Assembly: GCA_947593585.1 (NCBI GenBank)
Contig: CANQDP010000002.1
Span: forward strand, 53,947-117,946
Direction of reading: 5' to 3'
Origin: an uncultured Clostridia bacterium
GTDB taxonomy: Bacteria > Bacillota > Clostridia > Christensenellales > UBA1242
Length of the DNA stretch: 64,000 nt
Shown here: positions 24,108 through 33,389 of the stretch, piece by piece
Position numbering within the stretch: position 1 is the first letter of the stretch
How the letters are laid out: each line of letters starts with the position of its first letter
Made by a program: the position numbers and the translations under genes
Notes under the pieces: model-generated
Told to the model about the DNA's origin: nothing
The model's input: only the letters and a program-made list of their open reading frames with translations
The model's database searches: none

Positions 24108-26147
24108 CTAATCTTTTATTTTTTCTTTTTTGTTTGGGTTGAAATGGAGTGCGCGCACACTGTTTAAAATTGCAAGTAGTGTTACGCCCACATCGGCGAA
24201 CACCGCTGCCAACATGCCCGTAATGCCTATTGTGCCCAATGTTAGGAATGTGATTTTTATGATGGCAGATAAAATTATGTTTTGCCAAACTATTTTTCTT
24301 GTGTTTTTAGAAATCTTAACCGCTGAAGAGATTTTTTGAGGATTATCGTCCACAATCACCACATCGCTTGCTTCAATGCTTGCTGGCGCACCATTAATGC
24401 CCATTGAAAAGCCAACATTTGCCACAGCAAGCGAAGGTGCATCGTTTATTCCATCGCCAACATATCCCACGCTCATTGTATTTTTGATTTCTTTTAAAAA
24501 CTCATATTTTTGCTCTGGTAGAAGTGAAGAATGCACTTCGTCTATGCCCACTTGCTTTGCCACTAAATTTGCGCTCTCAACATTGTCGCCAGAAAGCAGA
24601 GCGGTTTTAATGCCCAATTTTTTTAATTCCTCACACGCCAAAATTGAAGTTGGTTTCACAGTGTCGCGCAGTTCAATGCTCCCAATTTTTTGCTCGTTTT
24701 TATAAACTTCAACTGTGGTGGCTTTTAATTCTTTATCCTTTCTGCCAACAAAATAGATGTCCTTTCTGAAAGTGTATTCCACGCCCTTGCCCGCCACTTC
24801 GTGCACATTTGTTGGCTTTCCTAATTTAATTTTGTTCGCCTCCACAATGGCTTTTGCCAAAGGGTGCAGTGAGTATTGCTCACCAAGGGCGGCATAAAAC
24901 AAAATGTCCTTCTTCGTAAACCCTTTTTCTGCAGTCGTGGATTTAATTTTAAATTCGCCCGTGGTGAGCGTGCCGGTTTTATCAAACGCCACCATTTTTA
25001 TGCCCGAGCAGGCGTCTAAGAAATTTGAGCCTTTGATTAATATCCCGTTTTTGCTGGCATTGCCAAGCCCGGAGAAATAGGCGAGTGGAACGCTGATTGC
25101 AAACGCACATGGGCAGGACACAACCAAGAAAATTAATCCCTTATAAAATGATGGCTTAAACGCTCCCGTGATTATCCACGAAATGCTGGTTACGAGAAGT
25201 GCGCACGCCACAACTCCAAGTGTGTACCACCTAGTTAATTTCGAAATGAAGGTTTCAGTTTTCGATTTGTTTTCACTAGCGTTTTCCACCAAGTCCATAA
25301 TCTTGCTGATTGCACTGTCTTTATACATTGCCGTGGTTTTGATTTCAATCGTGCCGTCAAGCACAATCCCGCCAGATAAAACTTCATCGCCTTCGCCCTT
25401 TGAAACTGGCACACTTTCACCCGTTAGGCTTTGATTGTTGATTAGCGTTTGCCCCTTAATAATTTTGCCATCTATTGGGATTTTTTCACCCGCTTTCACC
25501 ACAATCACTTTGCCAACTGCCACTTCGCTTGGGCTCACTTGTTTTTCTTTTCCTCTAAAAAGAAGGTTGGCATATTCTGGCTGCATTCGTGCCAATTTTT
25601 CTATGCTTCTCCTAGTTTTATTAACTGCCAAACTTTCAAATATTTTCCCTATCGTGTAAAGCGCAATAACCATTAAACCTTCCATGTGTTCACTGATAAA
25701 AGACGCTCCCACAACTGAGATTGTGATTAGCAAATTTTCGTTTATAATGCCTTTAAATAATAGTCTTATTGCTTTGATGTAGGTCTTATAGCCAAGCAGC
25801 AGTGCACTCACCACATATAGCGGCCAATACACCCATTTTGTTGGCTTAAAGATAAATAGTGCCACGCCTATCAATATGCCCAAAGAAAGGGTGATAAGGT
25901 CGATGATTAAACCCTTTCGATTTTTGTTTGGGGCGGAAGATGTGATTGTGGCATTAGGCTCTAACTGACGCGAAAGAGCCTTTATCCTTTCAAGCGAATT
26001 TTCCGCCTCTTCGCTCTCATAGGTGAGCGAATTTTTCACAAAATCTATTGAAGCGTTTTTAATGCCTTCCAACTTGTTGATTTCATTTTGCAGATTTCTG
26101 GCGCAGTTTGGGCAATCTAACCCAAAAATCTTAACCTTTACTTTCAC
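24108..26147 (-). CDS. cadA: Heavy-metal P1B-type ATPase (Cd/Zn/Co-type, CadA-like)
   Basis: N-terminal HMA domain with CPNC, transmembrane CPC (SCPCAFAI), DKTGTLT, and the GDGINDAP hinge. Confidence 0.9.
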   Translation of the reverse strand: MKVKVKIFGLDCPNCARNLQNEINKLEGIKNASIDFVKNSLTYESEEAENSLERIKALSRQLEPNATITSSAPNKNRKGLIIDLITLSLGILIGVALFIFKPTKWVYWPLYVVSALLLGYKTYIKAIRLLFKGIINENLLITISVVGASFISEHMEGLMVIALYTIGKIFESLAVNKTRRSIEKLARMQPEYANLLFRGKEKQVSPSEVAVGKVIVVKAGEKIPIDGKIIKGQTLINNQSLTGESVPVSKGEGDEVLSGGIVLDGTIEIKTTAMYKDSAISKIMDLVENASENKSKTETFISKLTRWYTLGVVACALLVTSISWIITGAFKPSFYKGLIFLVVSCPCAFAISVPLAYFSGLGNASKNGILIKGSNFLDACSGIKMVAFDKTGTLTTGEFKIKSTTAEKGFTKKDILFYAALGEQYSLHPLAKAIVEANKIKLGKPTNVHEVAGKGVEYTFRKDIYFVGRKDKELKATTVEVYKNEQKIGSIELRDTVKPTSILACEELKKLGIKTALLSGDNVESANLVAKQVGIDEVHSSLLPEQKYEFLKEIKNTMSVGYVGDGINDAPSLAVANVGFSMGINGAPASIEASDVVIVDDNPQKISSAVKISKNTRKIVWQNIILSAIIKITFLTLGTIGITGMLAAVFADVGVTLLAILNSVRALHFNPNKKEKIKD

Positions 26148-26511
26148 GCTTTGCCTCCTTAATGTGTTGCATGCTTATTTCAAACACTTGGCGAACATGG
26201 TCGTCTGCCAGAGAATATATCACCTCTTTGCCCGACTTGCGCCCTTTAATTAGCCTCATCTCTTTTAAATTTTGCAACTGATGAGAGATGGCAGACTTCG
26301 TCATGTTTAAAAGGGCAGATATATCACACACACAAAGTTCGCTCTTGTCGAGCGCATTGATTATTTTAATCCTTGTGCTATCCGCCAAAGCTTTATAAAA
26401 ATCTGCGATGCAAATCAAACTTTCATCGTCTAGCATTTTCTTTTTAACAAGCTTAACCTGCTCATCGTGAATTGTGTTGCAATCACAAATTGCACATTTA
26501 CATTTCGTCAT
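26131..26511 (-). CDS. cadC: ArsR/SmtB-family metalloregulator (CadC-like)
   Basis: ELCVCDISALLNMTKSAISHQLQNLKEMRLI winged helix. N-terminal Cys cluster CKCAICDC. Overlaps the cadA start by 17 nt. Confidence 0.85.
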   Translation of the reverse strand: MTKCKCAICDCNTIHDEQVKLVKKKMLDDESLICIADFYKALADSTRIKIINALDKSELCVCDISALLNMTKSAISHQLQNLKEMRLIKGRKSGKEVIYSLADDHVRQVFEISMQHIKEAKRESKG

Positions 26512-26545
26512 ACTCCCTCCATAATAGTTGACAACTTATTCAACC

Positions 26546-26575
26546 ATTATAATTGAATTTATATTCAACTGTCAA
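26546..26575 (-). promoter_or_regulatory. cadC-cadA promoter with an AT-rich inverted-repeat operator
   Basis: Minus strand: TTGACA (26570-26575), 18 nt, TATAAT (26546-26551). TTGAAT-ATAA-ATTCAA (26553-26568) fills the spacer, as expected for ArsR/SmtB operators. Confidence 0.55.
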
Positions 26576-26689
26576 GAGTTTTGTGGCAAATTTTTGCAAA
26601 ATTTTGAATTTTTATTAAAATTTTTATAAAAAACATAAAAACTGAATGAATTTTATGAAATTTTTGTTATAATCATATTGGAGGGGGAT

Positions 26690-27658
26690 ATGGAAGAATT
26701 GAATTTGACCACAAGGTGGGATAAAGTGTTTGAAAAAAGCACTAAGGTTAATCATAAAAAAGTTTCGTTCACTAATCGCTATGGCATCACGCTTGTTGCG
26801 GATTTGTATGAGCCTAAAAACTCATCTGGGAGATTGCCCGCCATTGCGGTTTGCGGTCCGTTTGGAGCGGTGAAGGAACAATCGTCTGGGCTGTATGCTC
26901 AAGAGTTGGCTGAAAGAGGATTTTTAGCCATTGCATTTGACCCATCTTTCACAGGAGAAAGCGGAGGAGAGCCAAGGTATGTGGCTTCGCCGGACATAAA
27001 CACTGAGGATTTTTGTGCGGCTGTGGACTTCTTGTCTAATTATGGCAAAGCAGACCCGGATAAAATTGGCATTCTTGGAATATGCGGCTGGGGAGGAATG
27101 GCAATTAATGCGGCGGCAATCGACACGCGCATTAAAGCCACTGTTACTGCCACCATGTACGACATGAGCAGAGTAAACGCCAATGGCTATTTTGATGCCA
27201 ACAACACTCCAAAAGATAGGTTGGCTTTGAAAGAGAAGTTGAATGCTCAGCGCACAATAGATTTCAAAAATGGCACATATTTAAGAGCGGGTGGAGTGGC
27301 AGACCCACTGCCAAAAGATGCCCCACAATTTGTGAAAGACTATTTTGATTATTATAAAACAAAGAGGGGATATCACAAGCGTTCGCTCAACTCAAATGAC
27401 GGCTGGAATTTCACTTCTGCTTTGTCGTTTATAAATATGCCAATCTTATCTTATGCAAGTGAAATAAAGAGTGCAGTGCTCGTTATTCATGGGGATAAAG
27501 CTCATTCTAAATATTTCTCACTAGACGCCTTCAAAAAATTAAAGGGCAAAAACAAACAACTTTTGATTATTCCTAAGGCTGTGCACACAGATTTATATGA
27601 TAAGAAGGATATAATTCCTTTTGATAAGATTGAAGAGTTTTATAAAGAAAATTTATAA
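26690..27658 (+). CDS. Alpha/beta hydrolase, dienelactone-hydrolase-like (Cys nucleophile)
   Basis: SD ggaggggg precedes the ATG at 26690. GICGWGG nucleophile-elbow motif. VLVIHGDKAH. Confidence 0.65.
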   Translation: MEELNLTTRWDKVFEKSTKVNHKKVSFTNRYGITLVADLYEPKNSSGRLPAIAVCGPFGAVKEQSSGLYAQELAERGFLAIAFDPSFTGESGGEPRYVASPDINTEDFCAAVDFLSNYGKADPDKIGILGICGWGGMAINAAAIDTRIKATVTATMYDMSRVNANGYFDANNTPKDRLALKEKLNAQRTIDFKNGTYLRAGGVADPLPKDAPQFVKDYFDYYKTKRGYHKRSLNSNDGWNFTSALSFINMPILSYASEIKSAVLVIHGDKAHSKYFSLDAFKKLKGKNKQLLIIPKAVHTDLYDKKDIIPFDKIEEFYKENL

Positions 27659-27724
27659 AACTTCAAAAAATAATGAAAATTTTGCCTTTTTAATTAATTT
27701 TTCCGCACAATTTTGTGATTGAAT

Positions 27725-27752
27725 AAAAAAACCGCCGTGCTGGCGGTTTTTC
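27725..27752. terminator. Bidirectional terminator
   Basis: Stem accgcc/ggcggt flanked by A7 and T5. Confidence 0.7.
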
Positions 27753-27765
27753 GTTACATCCAATT

Positions 27766-28398
27766 TTAAGATAGCTTTTGAATCGTCAAATAACTGCCAT
27801 TGTAGGTTATAGCAGTATTTTGTGTTACTGCAAGGCCAAGTGTGCCATCTGCAGGCAAGTTGACAATATAAACACCGTTTAAACTTGTTGTGCCATTTGC
27901 AATTCCTGTTTTTGTGGAAGCCTGCACATTTGCGCCATTCACAACCAAAGTGATTGAAGGAGTGTTTGTGTCTGTGGTTGTGCCAATTGTGCCATAGCTA
28001 ACAAGATAACTGCCAGCGGTTAGGTCGATGTTGTTGTCGGCGCCGTCCAACACAATGTCTGTTTGATCGGCAGGGTATTCACCGCCAACAGCCAAGGTTA
28101 ACGGAGCGTTTGCTGCCCCCGTTGCACTAAAAGTGGCGGCAGAGATTGTTGGAGTTGTGCCGGCAGGACCGGTAGGGCCGGTTGGACCGGTGGCACCAGT
28201 TGGACCTGTTGGTCCAGTAAGTCCGGTTAAGCCAGTTGGACCAATAGGACCTTGTGGACCTGCTGGACCTTGCGGACCGGTTGGGCCGGTGATGCCTGTG
28301 AATATGATTCTATCCACATTTGATCCGCCTTGATTTATTGGGAAAGGCATTATAGGACGATTGCAACAGCTATTAAAATTGTTAAAACAACAACTCAT
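27766..28398 (-). CDS. Collagen-like (GXY repeat) protein with a BclA/C1q-like C-terminal domain, candidate exosporium/spore-surface protein
   Basis: AAGGAGA SD precedes the ATG at 28398. Cys-rich N-terminus [15 protein letters not shown]. About 16 Gly-X-Thr/Gln/Ala triplets (about 28156-28296). The 125-aa or so beta-rich C-terminal domain resembles BclA. Confidence 0.8.
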   Translation of the reverse strand: MSCCFNNFNSCCNRPIMPFPINQGGSNVDRIIFTGITGPTGPQGPAGPQGPIGPTGLTGLTGPTGPTGATGPTGPTGPAGTTPTISAATFSATGAANAPLTLAVGGEYPADQTDIVLDGADNNIDLTAGSYLVSYGTIGTTTDTNTPSITLVVNGANVQASTKTGIANGTTSLNGVYIVNLPADGTLGLAVTQNTAITYNGSYLTIQKLS

Positions 28399-28458
28399 AA
28401 TTCTCCTTAATGGTGGAATTTCCACCTAACACATACTATGCGCAAAAGAGAAATTTGT

Positions 28459-29241
28459 TTATGTTTTGTCCAAATAGTTTTTATAATTTTTTATGGTTAT
28501 TTCATTTGGCGAGATTTCAAACAATTTATCCCAAGGAATTGGGAAAGATATAGGTGCACCCGCTCGCGCACGCACAGAGTAAGGGGCAACACAAGTTGAG
28601 CCTTTTTTGTTTCTAAGATAGTCGATGAAAATTTTGTTTTTTCTGCTTGACTTTTTTATGCTTGTTGTGAAAATTTTTGGATGTTCGCTTTCAATCAACA
28701 ATGCTATTTCTTTTGCCAAATTTGAGAAGGCTTGCCAATCCATCTTTTTTGAAATGTTTAGATACACATGATAACCTTTCCCACCGCTAGTTTTTAGTTG
28801 TGGGTTTAGGTTTAATTTCTTGAGAGTTTGTTTAACCAACAGAGTGGCTTCTCGCAGTTTTTTTATTGGAAGGGCTTCGTCCGGGTCGAGGTCAAACACC
28901 ATCAAATTAGGGGAATCAATGCGCGGATATTTGCTGCCCCAGATATGAAACTCCACCGTGCCTAATTGCACTTGATAAACTAATTGCGATTTTGTGCGGA
29001 CATAAAAATATTCTTCCTCTCCATCGAAAAATGTTTCAACATATTCTTTTTCTTGGCTAGGATGTTTTTTGAAAAAACAACTCTCATTAGCCTCAATGTG
29101 GCAACGGATAACGCTGAGTGGGCGATTGCGAATTTGTTTCAACATAAGCGGGGCAATTTCGTTATAATAAATTGCCAAATCGAGTTTTGAAAGTTTGTCC
29201 TTTTTAAAAAGTTGCTTATCCGGATGCGAAATTTTAATCAT
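28459..29241 (-). CDS. ligD: NHEJ polymerase/primase (LigD Pol domain, stand-alone)
   Basis: 260 aa of the AEP-type LigD polymerase family (HPDKQLF..., FDLDP, TSGGKGYHVY). The start overlaps the upstream stop by 4 nt. Confidence 0.85.
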   Translation of the reverse strand: MIKISHPDKQLFKKDKLSKLDLAIYYNEIAPLMLKQIRNRPLSVIRCHIEANESCFFKKHPSQEKEYVETFFDGEEEYFYVRTKSQLVYQVQLGTVEFHIWGSKYPRIDSPNLMVFDLDPDEALPIKKLREATLLVKQTLKKLNLNPQLKTSGGKGYHVYLNISKKMDWQAFSNLAKEIALLIESEHPKIFTTSIKKSSRKNKIFIDYLRNKKGSTCVAPYSVRARAGAPISFPIPWDKLFEISPNEITIKNYKNYLDKT

Positions 29242-30632
29242 TTCACCTCCAAACGCACATCTTTTGCTTTTTTATCCTCTCTAAGTCCAATAAAACTTGG
29301 CTGGCGCAAAATTTTATCGCGAGTGAGTTCTGCAAATTGAATTTCTGCAACCAATTTAGGCTTAACCCAAATGATGTTTTCTTTAAACTTGCGGCTGAAA
29401 TTTTCGTTTGCTTGCTTAATTTTTGAAAGGGTGGAGGCGAGAAGTTGTTTTTCTTTTTCGTCAAAGCCAGTGCCCACCTTGCCAGCATAAACAAGTTTTG
29501 TGCCATTGAAATAGCCCAAAATGAGAGCACTTAAAACTGGATTTTTTGCGTTGGTTGAAAACCCGCAAATCACGAATTCTTGGCGGAGATAACATTTGAT
29601 TTTTAGCCAATCGTCAGTGCGCTTGCCAATATAAGGCGAATTTATTTTTTTAGCCATTATGCCTTCTAGATTGTGCTCTTTTGCGAAATTAAAACACTCT
29701 TTTCCTTTTGCAAGAATGTGGTTGCTAAACAATATTTCCTTGCTCAATTTATTTATTAAAGAGCGCAATTTTTCCTTTCTTGATTTTAGAGGAAGGGCGC
29801 GCAAATCTTCGCCGTTGAGTGCCAGCAAATCAAACACAACATAATTCACCTCTTTGCCATTTTTCATCCGTTCATTTAGAAGTGAAAAATCACTTCTGCC
29901 TTCTGCATCAAACGCCACGACTTCGCCATCTATCACGAATGAGTCCGCCTTAATTTTTGAAATTGCAGAGTGGATTAATGGCATTTTTTTTGAATAGTCC
30001 ACATTGTTTCTTGAAAGCAAACAAACTTTGTTTTTATCTTTGTGTGCAAGTATGCGATAGCCGTCATATTTAATTTCAAATGCCCAATCTTTTCCAGACG
30101 GAATTTCGTTGGATAAAGTGGCGAGCTGAACGGAGAATTTCTTTGGTGCGCTCTTTGGAATTTGCCCTGCAAACTCATCATCACTTTTCACAATCAGCCA
30201 GTTTTTTTCATCCATTTTAATTAAGGAAAATTCTCCTTTAAAGATCTTGCCAAAGAGCGTGAATTTTAAATGCCCCTTTTTTAAGCCGTAATTGATGTCA
30301 AACGAAGGGGAATAAAAGCCTTCGTCAAATATTTGCACGCTGCCTGCACCATAATTTCCTTTTGGGATAACGCCTTCAAAATTAACATAATCTAACGGGT
30401 GGTCTTCAACCCTCACAGCCAATCGCTTATCTTTTGGGTTTGTGGATAAACCTTTTGGCACTGCCCAGCTTAGCAACACACCTTCATGCTCTAGCCGAAA
30501 GTCGTAGTGGTCCGCTCTAGCCATATGATGCTGAATAACAAATCGCAGTTTTTGCGAACTCTTTTTGATTTTCCCTTTTGGCTCGCTTGTGTTTTTAAAA
30601 TCTCTTTTTGCATTATAGGCTTTCAATTTCAT
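29238..30632 (-). CDS. ligD: LigD 3'-phosphoesterase domain fused to an ATP-dependent DNA ligase domain
   Basis: YNAKRDFKNTSEPKG and FVIQHHMARADHYDFRLE (PE domain). EIKYDGYR adenylation lysine motif plus an OB domain. The start overlaps the ku stop by 4 nt. Confidence 0.9.
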   Translation of the reverse strand: MKLKAYNAKRDFKNTSEPKGKIKKSSQKLRFVIQHHMARADHYDFRLEHEGVLLSWAVPKGLSTNPKDKRLAVRVEDHPLDYVNFEGVIPKGNYGAGSVQIFDEGFYSPSFDINYGLKKGHLKFTLFGKIFKGEFSLIKMDEKNWLIVKSDDEFAGQIPKSAPKKFSVQLATLSNEIPSGKDWAFEIKYDGYRILAHKDKNKVCLLSRNNVDYSKKMPLIHSAISKIKADSFVIDGEVVAFDAEGRSDFSLLNERMKNGKEVNYVVFDLLALNGEDLRALPLKSRKEKLRSLINKLSKEILFSNHILAKGKECFNFAKEHNLEGIMAKKINSPYIGKRTDDWLKIKCYLRQEFVICGFSTNAKNPVLSALILGYFNGTKLVYAGKVGTGFDEKEKQLLASTLSKIKQANENFSRKFKENIIWVKPKLVAEIQFAELTRDKILRQPSFIGLREDKKAKDVRLEVK

Positions 30633-31405
30633 TTTGCCCTCACACGCTTTTTCTCTGGCTTAAGGCTCTTTTGCAATGCTTCCATAATATTGATAATCCT
30701 AGCGCCTTGCTTTTTCTCTTTCGGCTCAACAATGTCATTGCCGGCAATCTTACGCTTAATTGCCTTCTTCAATTTTTCGTTATACTCATCTTTAAATTTA
30801 TCTATTTCAAATTTGGCGGTCATTTGTGAAATAAGGCTAGAAGCAAGGTCTAATTCTTTCTTTGATAATTTGCTTTGCTTGATGGTGGGTGCTGCTTGAA
30901 TTTCTTCTTCAAAAAACATGGTGTTTAAAAGCATTGTATCGCCCGCTGCCCGAATTAAGATTAAGGTTTCTTTTGTGCCAAGCACACTTTTGGCAATGCC
31001 CGCCTTGTTTTGTTTTTTCATGGCTTCGAGCAATAAATTAAAAGCTTTATCCGCACCCACAGGCTGCACATAATAAGATCTGTCGAAATAAATTGGGTCC
31101 ACTTCATTTAAGTCAACAAACTGCTCAATGGTTATGGACTTATCCTTTTCAGTTTTTATTTTTTCAAAGTCTTTATCTGTGAAAATCACATACTTGCCTT
31201 TTTCATATTGATAACCTTTCACGATGTCCTCATTTTTCACTTCTTTTTCATTGCAATCCACGCATGTCTTTTTGTATTTAATGCGGGACATTGTGTTCTT
31301 GTCTATCATATTAAAACCTATATCATTATTTTTTACGCAACTTGATAGTGTTATTGGAATATACACCAAGCCAAACTCGATTGCTCCTTTATAAGAATAA
31401 GCCAT
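30629..31405 (-). CDS. ku: Ku DNA end-binding protein
   Basis: YKGAIEFGLVYIPITL start, the Ku core, and a basic C-terminal tail (KKRVRAK). Confidence 0.92.
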   Translation of the reverse strand: MAYSYKGAIEFGLVYIPITLSSCVKNNDIGFNMIDKNTMSRIKYKKTCVDCNEKEVKNEDIVKGYQYEKGKYVIFTDKDFEKIKTEKDKSITIEQFVDLNEVDPIYFDRSYYVQPVGADKAFNLLLEAMKKQNKAGIAKSVLGTKETLILIRAAGDTMLLNTMFFEEEIQAAPTIKQSKLSKKELDLASSLISQMTAKFEIDKFKDEYNEKLKKAIKRKIAGNDIVEPKEKKQGARIINIMEALQKSLKPEKKRVRAK

Positions 31406-31798
31406 AAAAAACTCCTTTAAATAAGTTTGTGCGGAAATTAAAATTTAATTAAAAAATTTTTTAAAAAATTAAAAAATGCATAAAAATCGCAAAAAAATTA
31501 TGAAAATTCGTGCAAAATTCATGAAAAAATAAAAATTTTAATTATTTTTTTAAATATTAAATTTTAAGAACGGCAAAAAAATATTTAATAATTAATTTTT
31601 AATTCTTTTTTAATGTAGAATTTTTATTAATTTTTATAAAAATATAATTTGATTTTTTAGAATTTTTCATAATTTTTGATGTTTTTAATCATTTTTTGGT
31701 GAATTTTTATAAAATTTTTGCAATTTTTCATAATTTTTTAGAATTATTTAATAATTGACAAATTTTCTTATAAATGATAAATTAATTGAGGAGAAATT
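31406..31798. repeat. 393-bp AT-rich divergent intergenic region with phased A-tracts that switch to T-tracts, plus short internal direct and inverted repeats
   Basis: The plus strand is A-tract rich at 31406-31560 and T-tract rich at 31560-31745. aatttttcataattttt occurs at 31661-31677 and 31722-31738. Its near reverse complement lies at about 31493-31509. Confidence 0.8.
31755..31783 (+). promoter_or_regulatory. Promoter of the 31799 gene
   Basis: TTGACA (31755-31760), 17 nt including TGa, TAAATT (31778-31783). Confidence 0.5.
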
Positions 31799-32848
31799 AT
31801 GAATATTGAAGTTTGTGTGGATAAAAGAACAGAATTGTTGGGCGTTTTTCTCTTGATAAGTGATTATGGGAAAAAGAACCCTGAACTTGTGGAGGTTTGC
31901 CACAATGAAGGTTATAGGGCAAAAGTGTTTAAGCATTTTGACGCGTTCAAAGGCGAAAAAGCGGTGAAACTTTTTAATGAAATTTGCAATAAATTAAATT
32001 TTAATAATGATGCACCTATTGCACTTGTTTTGCAGTTAGACGAAAATTTTAAGTTTGACACATTGCCGCCATATCCCTTTGAAGAAAGGCTAGAAAGCTC
32101 TAATCTGGTGGTTGAGTTTTTAAAAGAACTTCCGCATTTTGCATTAGTTAGCAAATTTGAAGAGTTTTATAAGTCTAATCAGCCATATTATAATAAAATC
32201 ATTAAAGAAACGGAGGGGTTCGTTCGCCCAGATGCGATAGAAAAATTTTTTAACGACTTTTACAAAATGGACATTCCCACAGACTTTGTGATAAATCTGC
32301 TTCCGCACAGCACAAATGGAAATTATGGTGTTAGCCCTATTGGAAAAATTGGGTGCAATTTAGGGGCAAAAGAAGTTGACGGCAAATTGGCTTTTGTGTG
32401 GGACGATGTGGGCGATTTGTTCGTGCATGAATTTGGGCATTCAATAGTTAATCCGCTTGTGGATAAATATGCAAAGCTTCCAAAGCGCTATTTCAAAAGA
32501 ATTTATCCGCAAATGGCTGAATTGGATTATAACGACCACGACCCAACAATCTTAGATGAATTTATTATCCGTGCGATTGGATATGTCTACACAAAGTATT
32601 ATTATAAAGGAATATTTGAGGGTAAGACACCTGCCGAATTGGCAACTTATGTTATCGAGGGAGAGAAAAAAGACGGCTTTATTTATATGGATATTCTCAC
32701 AAAACTTGTGGAAGATTATTATTCGAATAGGGATAAATTTTCAAATTTTGAAGCCTTTATGCCAACACTAATTAAAGAGTTTAAGAAAGGAAAGGCACAG
32801 ATGGATAAGCAACTTAATGAAACAAACTTTCACGGGAGGCAGGTGTGA
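31799..32848 (+). CDS. Putative zinc metallopeptidase-like protein (HEFGH motif, possibly DUF4932-like)
   Basis: FVHEFGHSIVNP motif. SD gaggag. The family name is uncertain. Confidence 0.45.
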   Translation: MNIEVCVDKRTELLGVFLLISDYGKKNPELVEVCHNEGYRAKVFKHFDAFKGEKAVKLFNEICNKLNFNNDAPIALVLQLDENFKFDTLPPYPFEERLESSNLVVEFLKELPHFALVSKFEEFYKSNQPYYNKIIKETEGFVRPDAIEKFFNDFYKMDIPTDFVINLLPHSTNGNYGVSPIGKIGCNLGAKEVDGKLAFVWDDVGDLFVHEFGHSIVNPLVDKYAKLPKRYFKRIYPQMAELDYNDHDPTILDEFIIRAIGYVYTKYYYKGIFEGKTPAELATYVIEGEKKDGFIYMDILTKLVEDYYSNRDKFSNFEAFMPTLIKEFKKGKAQMDKQLNETNFHGRQV

Positions 32849-33327
32849 TAATAAGAGAATATGAAGAGGCAGATAAAAGTGCGGTGCAAGATTTGCTTGT
32901 GGAGCTGCAAAAATTCATTGTGAAGATTGATAAGTTTCATCTAAACATCCTAACCAAAGATTATAAAGAAAAATATTTTGAAAATTTTTATAAAGAAACA
33001 AATGAAAATTCTGGCAAGATTTTTCTTGCGGTTGAAGGTGGCAAGGTGGTGGGCTTGGCAAATGCTTTTGTCTGCCAATATGACGACCTAGATAGGGTTA
33101 TCTATAAATGCCCTAAAAAGGGGCTGATTGCCGAACTAATTGTGAGCAACAAACATAGAAAACGCGGCACGGGCAAGGCACTGATTTCTGCTTGCGAAAA
33201 CTATTTAAAATCAATCGGGTGCGAATATATCCAGCTCGATGTGTTTGCTTATAATGAAAACGCAGAAAAGTTTTACGACCATTTGGGCTATGAGCCACGA
33301 GTTAAAACCTTATTTAAAAAAATTTGA
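32845..33327 (+). CDS. GNAT-family N-acetyltransferase
   Basis: GTG start overlaps the upstream TGA (GTGA). HRKRGTGKALISACENY acetyl-CoA binding motif and FYDHLGY. Confidence 0.8.
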   Translation: MIIREYEEADKSAVQDLLVELQKFIVKIDKFHLNILTKDYKEKYFENFYKETNENSGKIFLAVEGGKVVGLANAFVCQYDDLDRVIYKCPKKGLIAELIVSNKHRKRGTGKALISACENYLKSIGCEYIQLDVFAYNENAEKFYDHLGYEPRVKTLFKKI

Positions 33328-33389
33328 CGCAAATCAGTTGAAAATTTTATAAAATTTTAATATAATTGAAATTGTCTTGTGAGGAATAA

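Noticed and set aside
26528-26553. Plus-strand TTGACA...TATAAT pair upstream of the hydrolase gene
   Set aside because: The spacer is only 14 nt. The same region read on the minus strand gives a proper 18-nt-spaced cadC promoter. The hydrolase more likely uses the TATAAT at about 26668.
28133-28333. 66-aa plus-strand ORF encoding GPV repeats
   Set aside because: It is the antisense reading of the collagen GXY repeat. The minus-strand frame has the SD, N-terminal region and C-terminal domain.
30507-30899. 130-aa plus-strand ORF spanning the ku/ligD junction
   Set aside because: It is antisense to two confidently identified genes, has no SD, and has a hydrophobic low-complexity translation.
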